Of a stretch of DNA of 64,000 bases, positions 1 through 64,000 are shown piece after piece. How positions within the stretch are numbered: position 1 is the first letter of the stretch; each line of letters begins with the position of its first letter. The notes under the pieces are model-generated. The model saw nothing but the letters and a program-made list of their open reading frames with translations, ran no database searches and was not told the origin of the DNA. This stretch comes from Eledone cirrhosa (lineage: Eukaryota). Made by a program: the position numbers and the translations under genes. The stretch spans positions 36,890,001-36,954,000 of the forward strand of contig OZ024754.1 of NCBI GenBank assembly GCA_964016885.1, written 5' to 3'.

Positions 1-30
1 GGGTTTGTTTTGGTTTGTTTTACATTTACT

Positions 31-1491
31 TTAAACCCTCTTCATACCAAACTTCCCCAAACAGTACCTAGTAATACCATTTTCTCTATATCAAAGTTTT
101 AACCCTCTTCATACCAAACTTCCCCAAACAGTACCTAGTAATACCATTTTCTCTATATCAAAGTTTTAACCCTCTTCATACCAAACTTCCCCAAACAGTA
201 CCTAGTAATACCATTTTCTCTATATCAAAATTGTAACCCTCTTCATACCAAACTTCCTCAAACAGTACCTAGTAATACCATTTTCTCTATATCAAAGTTT
301 TAACCCTCTTCATACCAAACTTCCCCAAACAGTACCTAGTAATACCATTTTCTCTATATCAAAGTTTTAACCCTCTTCATACCAAACTTCCCCAAACAGT
401 ACCTAGTAATACCATTTTCTCTATATCAAAGTTTTAACCCTCTTCATACCAAACTTCCCCAAACAGTACCTAGTAATACCATTTTCTCTATATCAAAGTG
501 TTAACCCTCTTCATACCAAACTTCCCCAAACAGTACCTAGTAATACCATTTTCTCTATATCAAAGTTTTAACCCTCTTCATACCAAACTTCCCCAAACAG
601 TACCTAGTAGTACCATTTTCTCTATATCAAAGTTTTAACCCTCTTCATACCAAACTTCCCCAAACAGTACCTAGTAATACCATTTTCTCTATATCAAAGT
701 TTTAAACCTCTTCATACCAAACTTCCCCAAACAGTACCTAGTAATACCATTTTCTCTATATCAAAGTTTTAACCCTCTTCATACCAAACTTCCCCAAACA
801 GCACCTAGTAGTACCATTTTCTCTATATCAAAGTTTTAACCCTCTTCATACCAAACTTCCCCAAACAGTACCTAGTAATACCATTTTCTCTATATCAAAG
901 TTTTAACCCTCTTCATACCAAACTTCCCCAAACAGCACCTAGTAGTACCATTTTCTCTATATCAAAGTTTTAACCCTCTTCATACCAAACTTCCCCAAAC
1001 AGTACCTAGTAATACCATTTTCTCTATATCAAAGTTTTAACCCTCTTCATACCAAACTTCCCCAAACAGCACCTAGTAGTACCATTTTCTCTATATCAAA
1101 GTTTTAACCCTCTTCATACCAAACTTCCCCAAACAGTACCTAGTAATACCATTTTCTCTATATCAAAGTTTTAACCCTCTTCATACCAAACTTCCCCAAA
1201 CAGTACCTAGTAATACCATTTTCTCTATATCAAAATTGTAACCCTCTTCGTACCAAACTTCCCCAAACAGTACCTAGTAATACCATTTTCTCTATATCAA
1301 AGTTTTAACCCTCTTCGTACCAAACTTCCCCAAACAGTACCTAGTAGTACTATTTTCTCTATATCAAAGTTTTAACCCTCTTCATACCAAACTTCCCCAA
1401 ACAGCACCTAGTAGCACCATTTTCTCTATATCAAAGTTTTAACCCTCTTCATACCAAACTTCCCCAAACAGTACCTAGTAGTACCATTTTC
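31..1491 (+). repeat. 67-bp tandem array, ~22 copies (amplified MITE left end)
   Basis: Unit taaccctcttcataccaaacttccccaaacagtacctagtaataccattttctctatatcaaagttt, period 67. Confidence 0.95.
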
Positions 1492-2075
1492 ATCTACTTC
1501 TAAGTCCCAGCCTTTATCTATATAATACAAAAACTATTTGTTTTCAAGTGTTAATATTTATCGAAAAACTTTCATTCAGGAGTTTGTGTTACAGACACTA
1601 ACTTAATGACCGGTCGCTCCCCGACAGGTTTGCGGTTGGACCCCTAGCAGTGGAGACGTCTGGTGTCCTTGGCCCTAGGGCTACCTCCCTACTCACCACC
1701 ATAGGCGCTGAGCTGGCCAGCCGCAGGTGTGAGCCCCGTGAGTTGGAGTGGCTTTTCCAGCGTGTCTCCCTTGCTGTCCTCCGGGGAAACACTTTCTCCC
1801 TTCTGACCGCCGGGGCTGTGGTGGAGCCCCATCACATATCATTCCATATTTAGTTGTTGTCGGTGTGTGTGTGTGTGTGTATATATTGCTTTTGTTTTCA
1901 TTCAGCATTATGGCATTCTTCATTGCTTTTCTCTACTAATGAATTATATTTGGAAAAATAAAATATTGTCAACAAACTTAGTTATATTATCCCTCCAAAG
2001 TCTTGACTTTTTTTTAAAATGATTTGAAAATTATAGACAATGTCTTTTATTAGAAATATAGTTATGAAAGGGTTA
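1439..2075 (+). mobile_element. TTAA-flanked (piggyBac-type) MITE interrupted by a LINE fragment
   Basis: ttaaccctcttcata ... tatgaaagggttaa termini; both halves resemble the copy at 34931-35166. Confidence 0.65.
1608..1880 (+). mobile_element. CRE-clade non-LTR retrotransposon 3' fragment (end of REL endonuclease)
   Basis: Peptide PLAVETSGVLGP...EWLFQRVSLAVLRGN resembles CRE/SLACS C-termini; GC-rich island followed by (TG)n. Confidence 0.7.
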
Positions 2076-2749
2076 AAGTGTTTATATTTATCTAAAAACC
2101 TTCTGTCAAGATTTTATGCGAGAAACCTTATTAAGTTATGTTCCAAGCGGCAACTTGATAACGAGAAAGTTAGTTACATTAATAAATCCCTTCAAATTCT
2201 TGATTATTTTCAAAATGATTTGAAAATTATAGGCTCTGTCTTTTATTTGACATATGGTGACAAAAGTATTAAGAGTTTCTTAACAGACATACATAGCCCA
2301 AAAACACCCACTCACCACTGTTACAATTTCCCCACCCCACCATCACCACCCAACTCTTTTACCTCCCCACACCCCATCCCATGAATCCACTCGGTAAAAA
2401 GTTTCACTATTACTCAATAAATTCAAACTTCATTCTACCCCCCTGTTAACGCCCACACACACACACACACACACACACACAAGCATCACCTCCCACCACC
2501 ACATCCAACTACTATTGTCCTCATTCTACTCCCTAAACAACCCCCTACACACACACACACACACACTAGAATAGAAATATTAAGACCCTTTCCTTTTATC
2601 CATGTATAAGTTTACATGCATATGCACACACACACAACCATACACACAAACATGCACACACACAAACACAAACATGCACACCACCCACAATTCTGATAAA
2701 CAGGGACGGTGGGGGAATACAGAAAAACAAACACCAAACAAAACTATAT

Positions 2750-3010
2750 CTCCCGTCACCCCCACCGCTACCGCCAACACTCCACCACCACCACTACCGC
2801 CAACAACACCACCCCACCACCATCGCTACCACCATCACAACCACCACACAACCACTACCACCCCACCATCACCGCTACCGCCAACACCCCACCACCACCA
2901 CTACCGCCAACAACACCACTACCACCAACACTACCCCACCATCAACACCACCACCACCACTACCAACACCACCACCACTAACAACACCACCACCACCACC
3001 AACACCCACC
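2750..3010 (+). repeat. (CAC/ACC)n low-complexity tract
   Basis: Direct inspection. Confidence 0.9.
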
Positions 3011-3091
3011 CCATTCTGCAAGCATTAGATTACAATATTTAAAAGGTTAAAATAGCTTTGAAAAATGAGCAATTTTCTACACAAAAATTAC

Positions 3092-4142
3092 TGTGTGTGT
3101 GTGTGAGTGTGAGTGTGTGTGAGTGTATGTGTGTGTGTATGTGTGTGAGTGTGTGTGTGTGTGTGTGTGAGTGTGTGAGTATGTGTGAGTATGTGTGAGT
3201 ATGTGTGAGTGAGTGAGTGAGTGTGTGTGTGTTTGTGTGTGTGCATGTGTTTGTGTGCATGTGCTTGTGTGTGCACATGTGTGCACGTGTGTGTATGTGT
3301 TTGTGTATCTGTGTATGTTTGTGTGTATCTGTGTATGTGCGTGTATCTGTATGTGTATGTGTGCATGTGAGCGCAGTTTTGTCTGTGCATGTGCATATGC
3401 ATGCATGTTTCCGTATGTGTGTCTATGTACCTGTGTATGTGTGTACATGTACATATGCATCCATGAGCATCTCTGCCTGTGTATGCAGATTCATCTGTGT
3501 GTGCGCATTCATCCATATGCATGCATGTATCCGTGTGCATGTGTCTGTGAATGTGTGTCTACAGTTTTGTCTGTATTTGTGTGTTTGTATGTGTCTGTAG
3601 GTTTATCTATGTACTTGTGTATATGTTTTTGTACATGTGAATCTGTCTGCGTGTATGCAGTTATGTATGTGTGTATGCAGTTATGTATGCGCGTATGCAG
3701 TTGTGTATGCACATATGCAGTTGTGTCTGTGTATGCAGTTATGTATGTGTATATGCAGTTGTGTCTATGTGTATGCAGTTATGTGTGTGTATATGCAGTT
3801 ATGTATGCGTATATGCAGTTATGTATGTGTGTGTGCAGTTGTGTATGCGCATATGCAGTTATGTATGCGTATATGCAGTTGTGTCTGTGTATGCAGTTAT
3901 GTGTGCGTATATGCAGTTATCTGTGCGTATATGCAGTTATGTATGCATATATGCAGTTATGTATGTGTGTATGCACATATGCAGTTGTGTCTGTATGTAT
4001 GCAGTTATGTATGCGTATATGCAGTTGTATATGTGTGTATGCAGTTGTGTCTATGTGTGCGTATATGCAGTTATGTATGCATGTATGCAGTTATGTATGC
4101 GTGTATGCAGTTGTGTCTGCGTGTATGCAGTTGTGTCTGCAT
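3092..4142 (+). repeat. (TG)n grading into a gtatgcagtt-based minisatellite
   Basis: Direct inspection; source of spurious Cys/Val/Met ORFs. Confidence 0.9.
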
Positions 4143-4780
4143 GAACAAATACACAACACACTTTAGGAGTGTACAGATGTGAGAACATATTTCACATTAC
4201 ATAAACACATATATCACATATCCCCAACACACACGTGTTTAACTATTTCTAATATTCATTCTATCACATATATCCCTGTATAGATGTGTTCCCGTGAGGA
4301 CACGAACATGTGAGCTCATGTTTAGATGTATTGATGTTGTATAATATACAACAAAGATAACGATCCCATAACTCCTTGTGGAGTCATAGAGGCACCATCA
4401 AATGGCGTGTCTAGGGCACTTTTAAACCTGGCAGAGCCCAACCCTCTCCAGGCCTGAACACAACCAATTTGTTCTATAACGGAAGAATCAACCACCTGGC
4501 CTGACTTGTACTTTGACCCCGGCAGGATTTGAACTCTGAGTGCTCAATGAGATGAATACCGTAACGCATTCTATCTGAGTCTTAACGACTCGCCACCATA
4601 ATATACCTATTTATGTCCAACCCAAGAACAGGTGTAAAATGGATGACGTATATACATGTGTCTGTCAAAAAGATGAAAAAAAATAAATAAACTACCAGAG
4701 AACAATACGGTTATACATTACTGGCCTTGTGCCTAACGTAGAAACAATTATTAGAATGTTTATAAAAAGTTAGAAAAGCG

Positions 4781-4816
4781 TCTTAACATTTCGGATGCTA
4801 GTCCTTCATCAGAAAA
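4781..4816 (-). ncRNA. Minimal type I hammerhead ribozyme motif (Penelope-associated)
   Basis: Reverse complement reads tttt CTGATGA aggactagcatcc GAAA tg TT aaga. Confidence 0.65.
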
Positions 4817-5864
4817 TAGAAACAGAGAAAAGAGAAGATAAGAGGCAAAGGAAGGCAAAAAAAGGGATTAAAAAATAAAACCAGGGGAGGGAGAAAAAAA
4901 AAGTGTAGTTGATAGTCAGCCATTTTAAAGAAAAGCAATACAGAGATGGAGAATCACATTTTGTCAGTCAAAATAAAGTTCATTCGAGCATAGAAATGGG
5001 GCAGAGAGAGAAAATAACCCTTTCCAATGAAAGTCACTGCCTATAACTATCAAATAATTTCAAAAATAATTGGGAATTTGGTGGGGGAATTTAGTAATGT
5101 AACTTTCTTGTTATTAAGCTGATGTTTGGAACATTACATAACAAAGGTTCTTAAATTTACGATGGAGAGTTTATAGGTAATTATAAACATTTTAAAAATA
5201 AACAGTTTTTTGTAACATTGAAACAGGGGTGGTTTCAGGTGGGTGGCATTAAAAGGGTTAAAAAGAAATAGGAAGAAAAGAGACAAAACAAAAAAAGATA
5301 AGAAAAACAATATTAATATATTACACTGATCAAGGAAAACCAAAAACAGGATTTAGGGCTTTGAAAAACAAACAAGAAATAAGTAAAAGGTGGAAGGAAT
5401 AAAAAAAAATGGGTTTCTTTGAAATAACAGCACCAGGGAGAGAAAGATGGCATGTGGGTGTAAGAATATCTTACCTCAAATACCTCTACATAATACTGTA
5501 TATCTACTACAGTGGAATCTTCTAATATACCCTCTCCCAATACTAAAACCACAACAACCCTCTCCCAATACTAAAACCACAACAACCCTCTCAGTGACCA
5601 AATATTGTCACATTTCTCTAAGATCACCTGTATCCTTGCCACATTCTCAGGGCTTCTTCCATTATACTCTCCTCCACCCTATCCTGTTACTGCCTCTCTC
5701 TTCCCCTTGCCAAGGTCACTATGACCCATCTGGTGGTAGTGCTGGCGCCATGACAAAATGCACCCAGTACACTCAAAGTGGCAGTGCTAGAGCTATGATA
5801 AAATGTATCCAGAACACCTTTTAAAGAGGTAGTGTTATTGCCACAATAAAATGAACCTCATCAT

Positions 5865-6055
5865 CATCACTCGTCGACTACTGTCGAGATGATGGATCTC
5901 ACTCTCATGCCCCAGAATTCCCTGTCCCCCATCGCTGCCCCCAGGTCCTGTCTACTGATTCCCGTATCCCTAGAGATAACATCAGGGAATGACAGCTTCC
6001 TACTCCTAGTCAGGCTGTAGTCAGGGTTCCAGAGCAAGAGAGTGGATATGATTTC
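5865..6055 (-). mobile_element. RTE-like LINE 3' fragment
   Basis: LLLW...RKLSFPDVISRDTG...AMGDREFW peptide, then a (TGA)n tail. Confidence 0.65.
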
Positions 6056-6914
6056 ATTGCTGGCACCCTGCAAAGTGGTAGCATTGGTCCCATGATAAAA
6101 CGCACTCAGTACACCTTGTAAAGTTGGAGCCACAATAAAATGCACCTAGTAGACCCTGAGAAGTGGTATCAATGGTGCCCTGATAAAATACACCCAGTAC
6201 ACTCTGTAAAGTGATGGTGTTAGTGTCACAATAAAATACACCCAATACATTCTGGACAATAGTAGTGCTGGTGCCATGATAAAATACACTAAGTACACTC
6301 TGGAAAATGGTAGCAGTGATGTCATGATAAAATGTACCCAATATATTCTGTAAAGTAGTTGGCATTAGGAAGGACATCCAACTATAGAAACCATGTCAAA
6401 ATATGAAAAGTACAAGCGAGATGTGTTTCTCTGACTTAAGTAGTCTTGGACCATGACAACCTGTACAACCCATGCCAGCATGGAAAGTGAACATAAATGA
6501 TGTTAATGATGATGATAAGAGAGCATCCAGCTGTAGAAACCATGTTACAAAAAATATATGAAGAGAACACTTGCGTTACATCAATGACATTCTTTGTACT
6601 GGTGGCACAATAAGATGCACTCAATACATACAGTAAATGTGACTGGGTGTTAGGAAGAGCAGAAGAGCGTCCAGCTGTAGAAACCATGCCATATAAATAA
6701 GGGGATTCTTCAGTTATGTCAAAGGCATGACAACCTCCCCAGTATTAGTGTCACAATAACATGCATTTCAAAGTACCCAGTACACATTTCAAAGTGGTTG
6801 GCATTAAAACAGGCCATATTGAGCAAGAAGGACAGTCGCGCCAATTAAGTACTGGACTTTGCCTGCAATAACAACCCATCCAACCCATGTCATATTGGAA
6901 AGGTGGACATAAAA

Positions 6915-7595
6915 TGATGATGACAATGATGACAATGATGATGAATATGATGACGATGATGAATATGATGAATATGATGACGTTGATGATAATAAAGCTG
7001 ATGATAATGGTGATGAAGATTGATGAGAATGATGATGATGATGATGGTGGTGATGAAGATGACAATAATGATGATGAAAATGATGATGACAAAGAAGACA
7101 ATGATGATGATGATGATGACCCAAGAAAAAATATATAGTTAAATAAAATAAAATTAAAAAAAAAAAAAAAAACGATTTCCAGAAGCGAAGAAGGAAAAGG
7201 ATAAATGGAGATCTGAAAGAGGAAGGACAACTACCCGAATAGCAATAATAATAATGATGATGACAATGATGATGAATATGATGACGATGATGACGATGAT
7301 GAATATGATGACGTTGATGATAATAAAGCTGATGATAATGGTGATGAAGATTGATGAGAATGATGATGATGATGATGGTGGTGATGAAGATGACAATAAT
7401 GATGATGAAAATGATGATGACAAAGAAGACAATGATGATGATGACCCAAGAAAAAATATATAGTTAAATAAAATAAAATTAAAAAAAAAAAAAAAAACGA
7501 TTTCCAGAAGCGAAGAAGGAAAAGGATAAATGGAGATCTGAAAGAGGAAGGACAACTACCCGAATAGCAATAATAATAATGATGATGATGATGAT
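6915..7595 (+). repeat. ~325-bp tandem duplication of a (GAT)n-rich segment plus unique sequence
   Basis: Unique block ccaagaaaaaatatatag...ctacccgaatagc occurs twice, 325 bp apart. Confidence 0.9.
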
Positions 7596-8609
7596 GCAGT
7601 GAGTGTGTGTGTGTGTACATGCAAGTGTGTATATGCATGTATGTGCATGTGTGTGTGTATGCGTGTGTGGGTGTGTTTGTGCATGCAAGTGCGTGTGTCT
7701 GTGTGTATGTGCATGCATGTGTGTGTGTCTGTGTGTGTGCATGTGTGTATGTGCATGCATGCATGACTCCAATTGGTTCCAACGATGATTTTTTAAGTTG
7801 CTCAAACAATGGAGCGACAGGCTTGTAAAATTAATGTTCTAAGTGGCTGAGCATTCCACAGACGTGTACATGTGTACCATTAACATAATTCTCGGGGAGA
7901 TTTGTGACAATTGTGCAATCAAACTGGCCCTTTGAATTACAGCACAACTCAGTTTTTACCAGCTCAATGGACTGGAGCAATGGGAAATAAAGTGTCTTGC
8001 TCAAGGACACATGTCACCCAATCCAAGTATTGAACTCATGGCATATCTGTATACACACGCATGTTGTTATGCCTCACTCTTGTGCTGGTCTGACAGGACT
8101 CTGATGAAATCATACCTCATAGGTTTCTCGGGTGTTTTAACCTTTAGCAAGCTGAATTATCTTATGAATTGCTTCCCTTTGACACTGCATTATGCATTCA
8201 GGGGAGATTACTCTATCGGCGACATAAGGCACCTAGAGCACACAGAAGGTTAATGATAAGAGTCTCAGTCCTATCATTGGGTTTTGTGTGTGGTTGTGTA
8301 TCTATAACTGTAGTGTATGTGTGGGTGGGTGGGAAGGGGCACATGTAGTGAGCATGCCTGACTTGCATCTCCCTCGTAGGATCCTCTAAGGTCAGCTACA
8401 CCATAGTTATAACTTGGCAGGAGGGCCCAAAGATGTAATTTTAAGACAAGATGAAGACCCTCCAAGAGCTGAAGACATTGTTACCAACCGTTTACTTTGG
8501 TGTTCTCACTGTTGGAAGGGGAATTAGGACATGCAGCAGAAATGCACTAAACACACTTTCTTTCTCCATCCAAATATTCATATGTCAATGGTTTAAACTG
8601 TATCAATGG

Positions 8610-9722
8610 TTGGGATATACAGTGACCAAAGGATCAAGGGTTGGGATATACAGTGACCAAAGGATCAAGGGTTGGGATATACAGTGACCAAAGGATCAAG
8701 GGTTGGGATATACAGTGACCAAAGGATCAAGGGTTGGGATATACAGTGACCAAAGGATCAAGGGTTGGGATTTACAGTGACCAAAGGATCAACAGTTGAG
8801 TTGTACAGTGACCAAAGGATCAACAGTTGAGTCATACAGTGATCAAAGATCAATGTTGTCATACAGTGACCAAAAGATGAAGGGTTGGGTTGGGATTTAC
8901 AGTGACCAAAGGATCAACAGTTGAGTCGTACAGTGTCCAAAGGATCAACAGTTGAGTCATACAGTGTCCAAAGGATCAACAGTTGAGTCATACAGTGACC
9001 AAAGGATCAACAGTTGAGTCATACAGTGACCAAAGGATCAACAGTTGAGTCATACAGTGACCAAAGGATCAACAGTTGAGTCATACAGTGACCAAAGGAT
9101 CAACAGTTGAGTCATACAGTGACCAAAGGATCAACAGTTGAGTCATACAGTGACCAAAGGATCAACAGTTGAGTCATACAGTGACCAAAGGATCAACAGT
9201 TGAGTCATACAGTGACCAAAGGATCAACAGTTGAGTCATACAGTGACCAAAGGATCAACAGTTGAGTCATACAGTGACCAAAGGATCAACAGTTGAGTCA
9301 TACAGTGACCAAAGGATCAACAGTTGAGTCATACAGTGACCAAAGGATCAACAGTTGAGTCATACAGTGACCAAAGGATCAACAGTTGAGTCATACAGTG
9401 ACCAAAGGATCAACAGTTGAGTCATACAGTGACCAAAGGATCAACAGTTGAGTCATACAGTGACCAAAGGATCAACAGTTGAGTCATACAGTGACCAAAG
9501 GATCAACAGTTGAGTCATACAGTGACCAAAGGATCAACAGTTGAGTCATACAGTGACCAAAGGATCAACAGTTGAGTCATACAGTGACCAAAGGATCAAC
9601 AGTTGAGTCATACAGTGACCAAAGGATCAACAGTTGAGTCATACAGTGACCAAAGGATCAACAGTTGAGTCATACAATGACCAAAGAATCTAGGTTGAGT
9701 CATACAGTGACCAAAGGATCCA
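8610..9722 (+). repeat. 31-bp minisatellite, ~36 copies
   Basis: Unit atacagtgaccaaaggatcaacagttgagtc; the first copies carry a gggttggga variant. Confidence 0.95.
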
Positions 9723-10776
9723 CAATTGAAGATGATGATTATCACTGAATTCGATAGACAACCGTAAGCAAGTGTAAGTGTATGTGTGTGTGTGTATATA
9801 CCTCCACATGCACATGCATGTGTATGTGTGTGTGCATGAATTAATGAAAACAAGGAAACGTGAAGCAAAAAAAGGATTTTTCCTTTTGTTTTGTTGCTTT
9901 TTTCCACCTGCAACATGGGTGTGAGAAGTAAGAGGGGGAGGAATGAAACAAAATATTGTAAAACCCAACAAAAATCAACCACAATCACCAACAGTGTTAA
10001 AGCACTACCTTCTTTTGTTCCAAACAGATGGGTTTTACTATTTTCCTGAAGTACAAAAAAAAAAAACAAAAAAAAAAAACAAGGAAAAATACAAACAAAT
10101 CAGGTCACTAAACTGGTGAAAAGTTAAAAACAAATAAAATGGACAAAAGGATAAAAAAAAAAATAACTGCTGGAGAATATAGAGACTGAACTCACATCAA
10201 TAAAATAGACAAATTCCCAAAATAAAAATTGTAAAGGGGATAAGGGATTCTGGACAATTCTTGGCTTAACCCATTTCCCAGAGGTGATTGGCCAAGGGAT
10301 TTTAAAAAACAAGGATTCTTTGAAAAAACTATTTTTAGAATTATACACATTAATACAATGACAGAGACAAAAGACAAGGTTCACATACACACTCAAGTAC
10401 TCATACACACACATACATACAAACACCTACACATTTTTTTAGGGTTCGCTTAATTTAAGTAAACAAAAAGGTTTCAATGAGAGGGCTTACAAGCCTACTA
10501 TGCCAAACACAAATCAAAACCACTTAGCATCCCAGTCGGGTTTTTACCTTTTACCTTCATCTATACACACTCTACTTCTTCCTATGCATAGAGTACTGCC
10601 CTGATTAGTATTCCCCCTGGTTGAGCACAGCAGACTTTATATATATATATCATATTTGACAGCTTATAATATGCACTTTATTTCAAAAAATTGTCACAGA
10701 AAATCAACTTGTGTCTTATAAGGTCAACGGTCAGTTTGAGTTACTGGCTAGTAGAGTTCTAGTGTTGCAGTGACCC

Positions 10777-10853
10777 CTAGATTAAACCACCAACATCTCC
10801 ACAAATGTAAACAAGATGGCGATTGCTTCTACACCAACAATGGCAACACTTTT
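10777..10853 (-). CDS. RALGAPA1: Candidate terminal coding exon (EKCCHCWCRSNRHLVYICGDVGGLI*)
   Basis: Strong T-tract + ag acceptor, open in phase 1 to TAG, followed by UTR-like U-rich sequence; no homology support. Confidence 0.35.
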
Positions 10854-11409
10854 CTAAAAAAAAGCTACAATTTTAATAAATTTTATGATGACTAAAATAG
10901 ATTTATTTTCACTTTCTTTTGTTTTAAAAATGTACTAAATATTTCAACAAAAAATACGATGTAAAGAATAAAGTAAATTTATTTTCACTTTCTTTTGTTT
11001 TAAAAATGTATTAAAATATTAAAACTAGAAATTACAATGTAGAATGATAATAAAATAAATACCATGTACAAACTGTATACCCTTCACCTGACACTGTAGT
11101 TTAAAGCCAATTATTTTTTGAAATGTCTGCCAAATTGAGGTGCATATTATAAGCTCATGCGTCTTATAAGCCATCAAATATGGTGTGTATGTATATATAT
11201 ATATATACACACCAAGGGCGGTGCCCCAGCATGGCCTCAGCCGGATGGCTGCAACAGGTTTCCATCTATGAAATTCCACTCACAAGGCATTTAGTCAACC
11301 TGAGGCATTTTCCCAACATTCTGTGCAACAGGATTGAACTTAAGACCATGTGGTTGTGAAGCAAAATCCTTAACCACACAACCATGTTTGAGACAAGATG
11401 AGAAGAAGG

Positions 11410-11967
11410 TCAGAAAACTGACCAATAGCAGAGGCAAGAGTGACAGAGTGGCACAGAGGCACAGTGACAGAATGGCACATTTGCAGAGGCAAGAGTGACA
11501 GACTGACTCAATGGTGAATTGTTAACAGTAACTGACCTGTGGCACAGGCAAGAGTGACAGAGTGGCACAGTGGTGAAGTGTTTAGAGTAACTGACCAGTG
11601 ACAGAGATAAGAGTGGCACCATGGCACAGTGACACCATGGCACAGTGGAACCATGACACAGTGGCACCATGGCACAGTGGCACAGTGACAGAATGGTAAA
11701 GTGTTTAGAGTAACTGACCAGTGATAGAGATAAGAGTGGCACCATGGCACAGTGGCACCATGGCACAGTGACAGAATTGTAAAGTGTTTAGAGTAACTGA
11801 CCAGTGATAGAGATAAGAGTGGCACCATGGCACAGTGGCACCATGGCACAGTGACAGAATGGTAAAGTGTTTAGAGTAACTGACCAGTGACAGAGATAAG
11901 AGTGGCACCATGGCACAGTGGCACCATGGCACAGTGACAGAATGGTAAAGTGTTTAGAGTAACTGAC

Positions 11968-11980
<13 letters not shown>
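11410..11980. repeat. ~83-bp minisatellite containing copies of the exon 11968 donor site
   Basis: Period 83; unit includes gagtaactgacc(a/t)gtg. Confidence 0.9.
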
Positions 11981-62912
<50,932 letters not shown>

Positions 62913-63225
62913 CTAAAAAAATGACATATTCAATAAACATAATTAGAAGAGCAACAAAGATTGACTTCCTAACTATTTCAATAATAATAATAATAATAGT
63001 AGTAGTATTATTATTATTACTATTAATCCAGTTGTGAGTTTAACCCAAGGGAACATTGCTGATACTATCTGCCGGTTACAACAACTGTTGGAAGAAGGTG
63101 AGATTTAAACAGAACAAGACATTGTCAATTCATTAACATAAGCACAGTTCTAATAGAACAAGATTTACACACAATACACCTTATTCAATAAGGACCTAAT
63201 AAAATAAAATATGTAGCAAGCAGCT

Positions 63226-63392
63226 GGGGACCCGAAAGATGGCAATCAATGCCTGGTTGGGACAAAGTCAGAGGAAACTCTGGTGGAAGTCCGAAACGTC
63301 TCTGACGTGCAAATCGATCATCGGAACCGGGTGTAGGAGCGAAAGACCAATCGAGTCGTCTAGTAGCTAGTTCCCTCAGGATAGCTGGTGCC
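63226..63392 (+). pseudogene. 28S rRNA fragment (intronic, degenerate)
   Basis: gacccgaaagatgg...gaggaaactctggtgga...ctgacgtgcaaatcg...gcgaaagaccaatcga...ttccctcaggatagctgg matches the conserved LSU core, with substitutions and a deletion. Confidence 0.9.
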
Positions 63393-63655
63393 AGCAGCAG
63401 AAACAACAGAGTTCACACAACATATAGTAGTCTTAAACCCAATAAAATAACACAACTCACATTACACACCCAACAGAACAAACAGTAAAATAACCCCAGA
63501 AAGCAACAGGCTATTACAGGTTCAAAAACTGTAATATGTCTCAATTCTAAGACCCTTCTGAAAAAATTAATAGATGTGTGGGTGAATGAGTGTGTATACC
63601 TTGTGATTGTAAGTATATGTGAGCAGAGGGGGTATTCTTATAACCAAGTATAGTT

Positions 63656-63702
<47 letters not shown>

Positions 63703-64000
63703 GCGTGTGTGTTTACTATTTACGTCCCATAACAGTTCAACAAATAGAGATAAAATAAAATAAGCATTCGGGTTGATATGATCAAGTAAAATCCCTTGAA
63801 GGCAGTGGTGGTGCCTCAGCATGACTGTAGCCTAATGACTGAAACCAATAAAAGAATAAAAGTATACCAGGTGTAGGTAAGGGTTAGTAAAATGAGCAAT
63901 CATAAGTATTCAACATGGTATGGATTAGTAACAAAGACAATCAAATGTATTCAGAGAATGCTTCTAATAGACTTATATACTATTTCCATCTATATTACAT

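Noticed and set aside
3039-4182. Long Cys/Val/Met or His/Thr ORFs
   Set aside because: Translations of (TG)n-type repeats; the same applies to most ORFs in the track.
6887-7463. Asp/Met-rich acidic protein ORFs
   Set aside because: Translation of a (GAT)n microsatellite with no splice context.
8610-9722. 31-bp repeats (and other arrays) as CRISPR
   Set aside because: Head-to-tail units with no unique spacers, no cas genes, eukaryotic context.
63226-63392. Functional rDNA locus
   Set aside because: Isolated short fragment with substitutions and a deletion in conserved positions.

Overview
Eukaryotic, AT-rich, very repeat-dense window. The SINE families and microsatellite load suggest an octopus/coleoid cephalopod (inference). 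Most of it is the 3' part of one minus-strand gene, Ral GTPase-activating protein alpha subunit (RALGAPA1/2 orthologue). I traced 28 coding exons from 62912 down to 11968 (3840 nt, ~1280 codons) with consistent splice phases; they include the Rap/Ran-GAP domain with its RHLGND Asn-thumb motif. The 5' end lies beyond the window and the terminal exon is uncertain. Introns hold tRNA-derived SINEs, RTE/CRE/Tx1-like LINE and Penelope remnants, TTAA-type, mariner and hAT MITEs, a 28S rRNA fragment and many minisatellites. Most ORFs in the supplied track are repeat artefacts. Most notable: a U12-type intron, several hammerhead ribozyme motifs, a perfect 427-bp palindrome, minisatellites that amplify real 5' splice sites or MITE ends, and inverted SINEs flanking the two catalytic exons.
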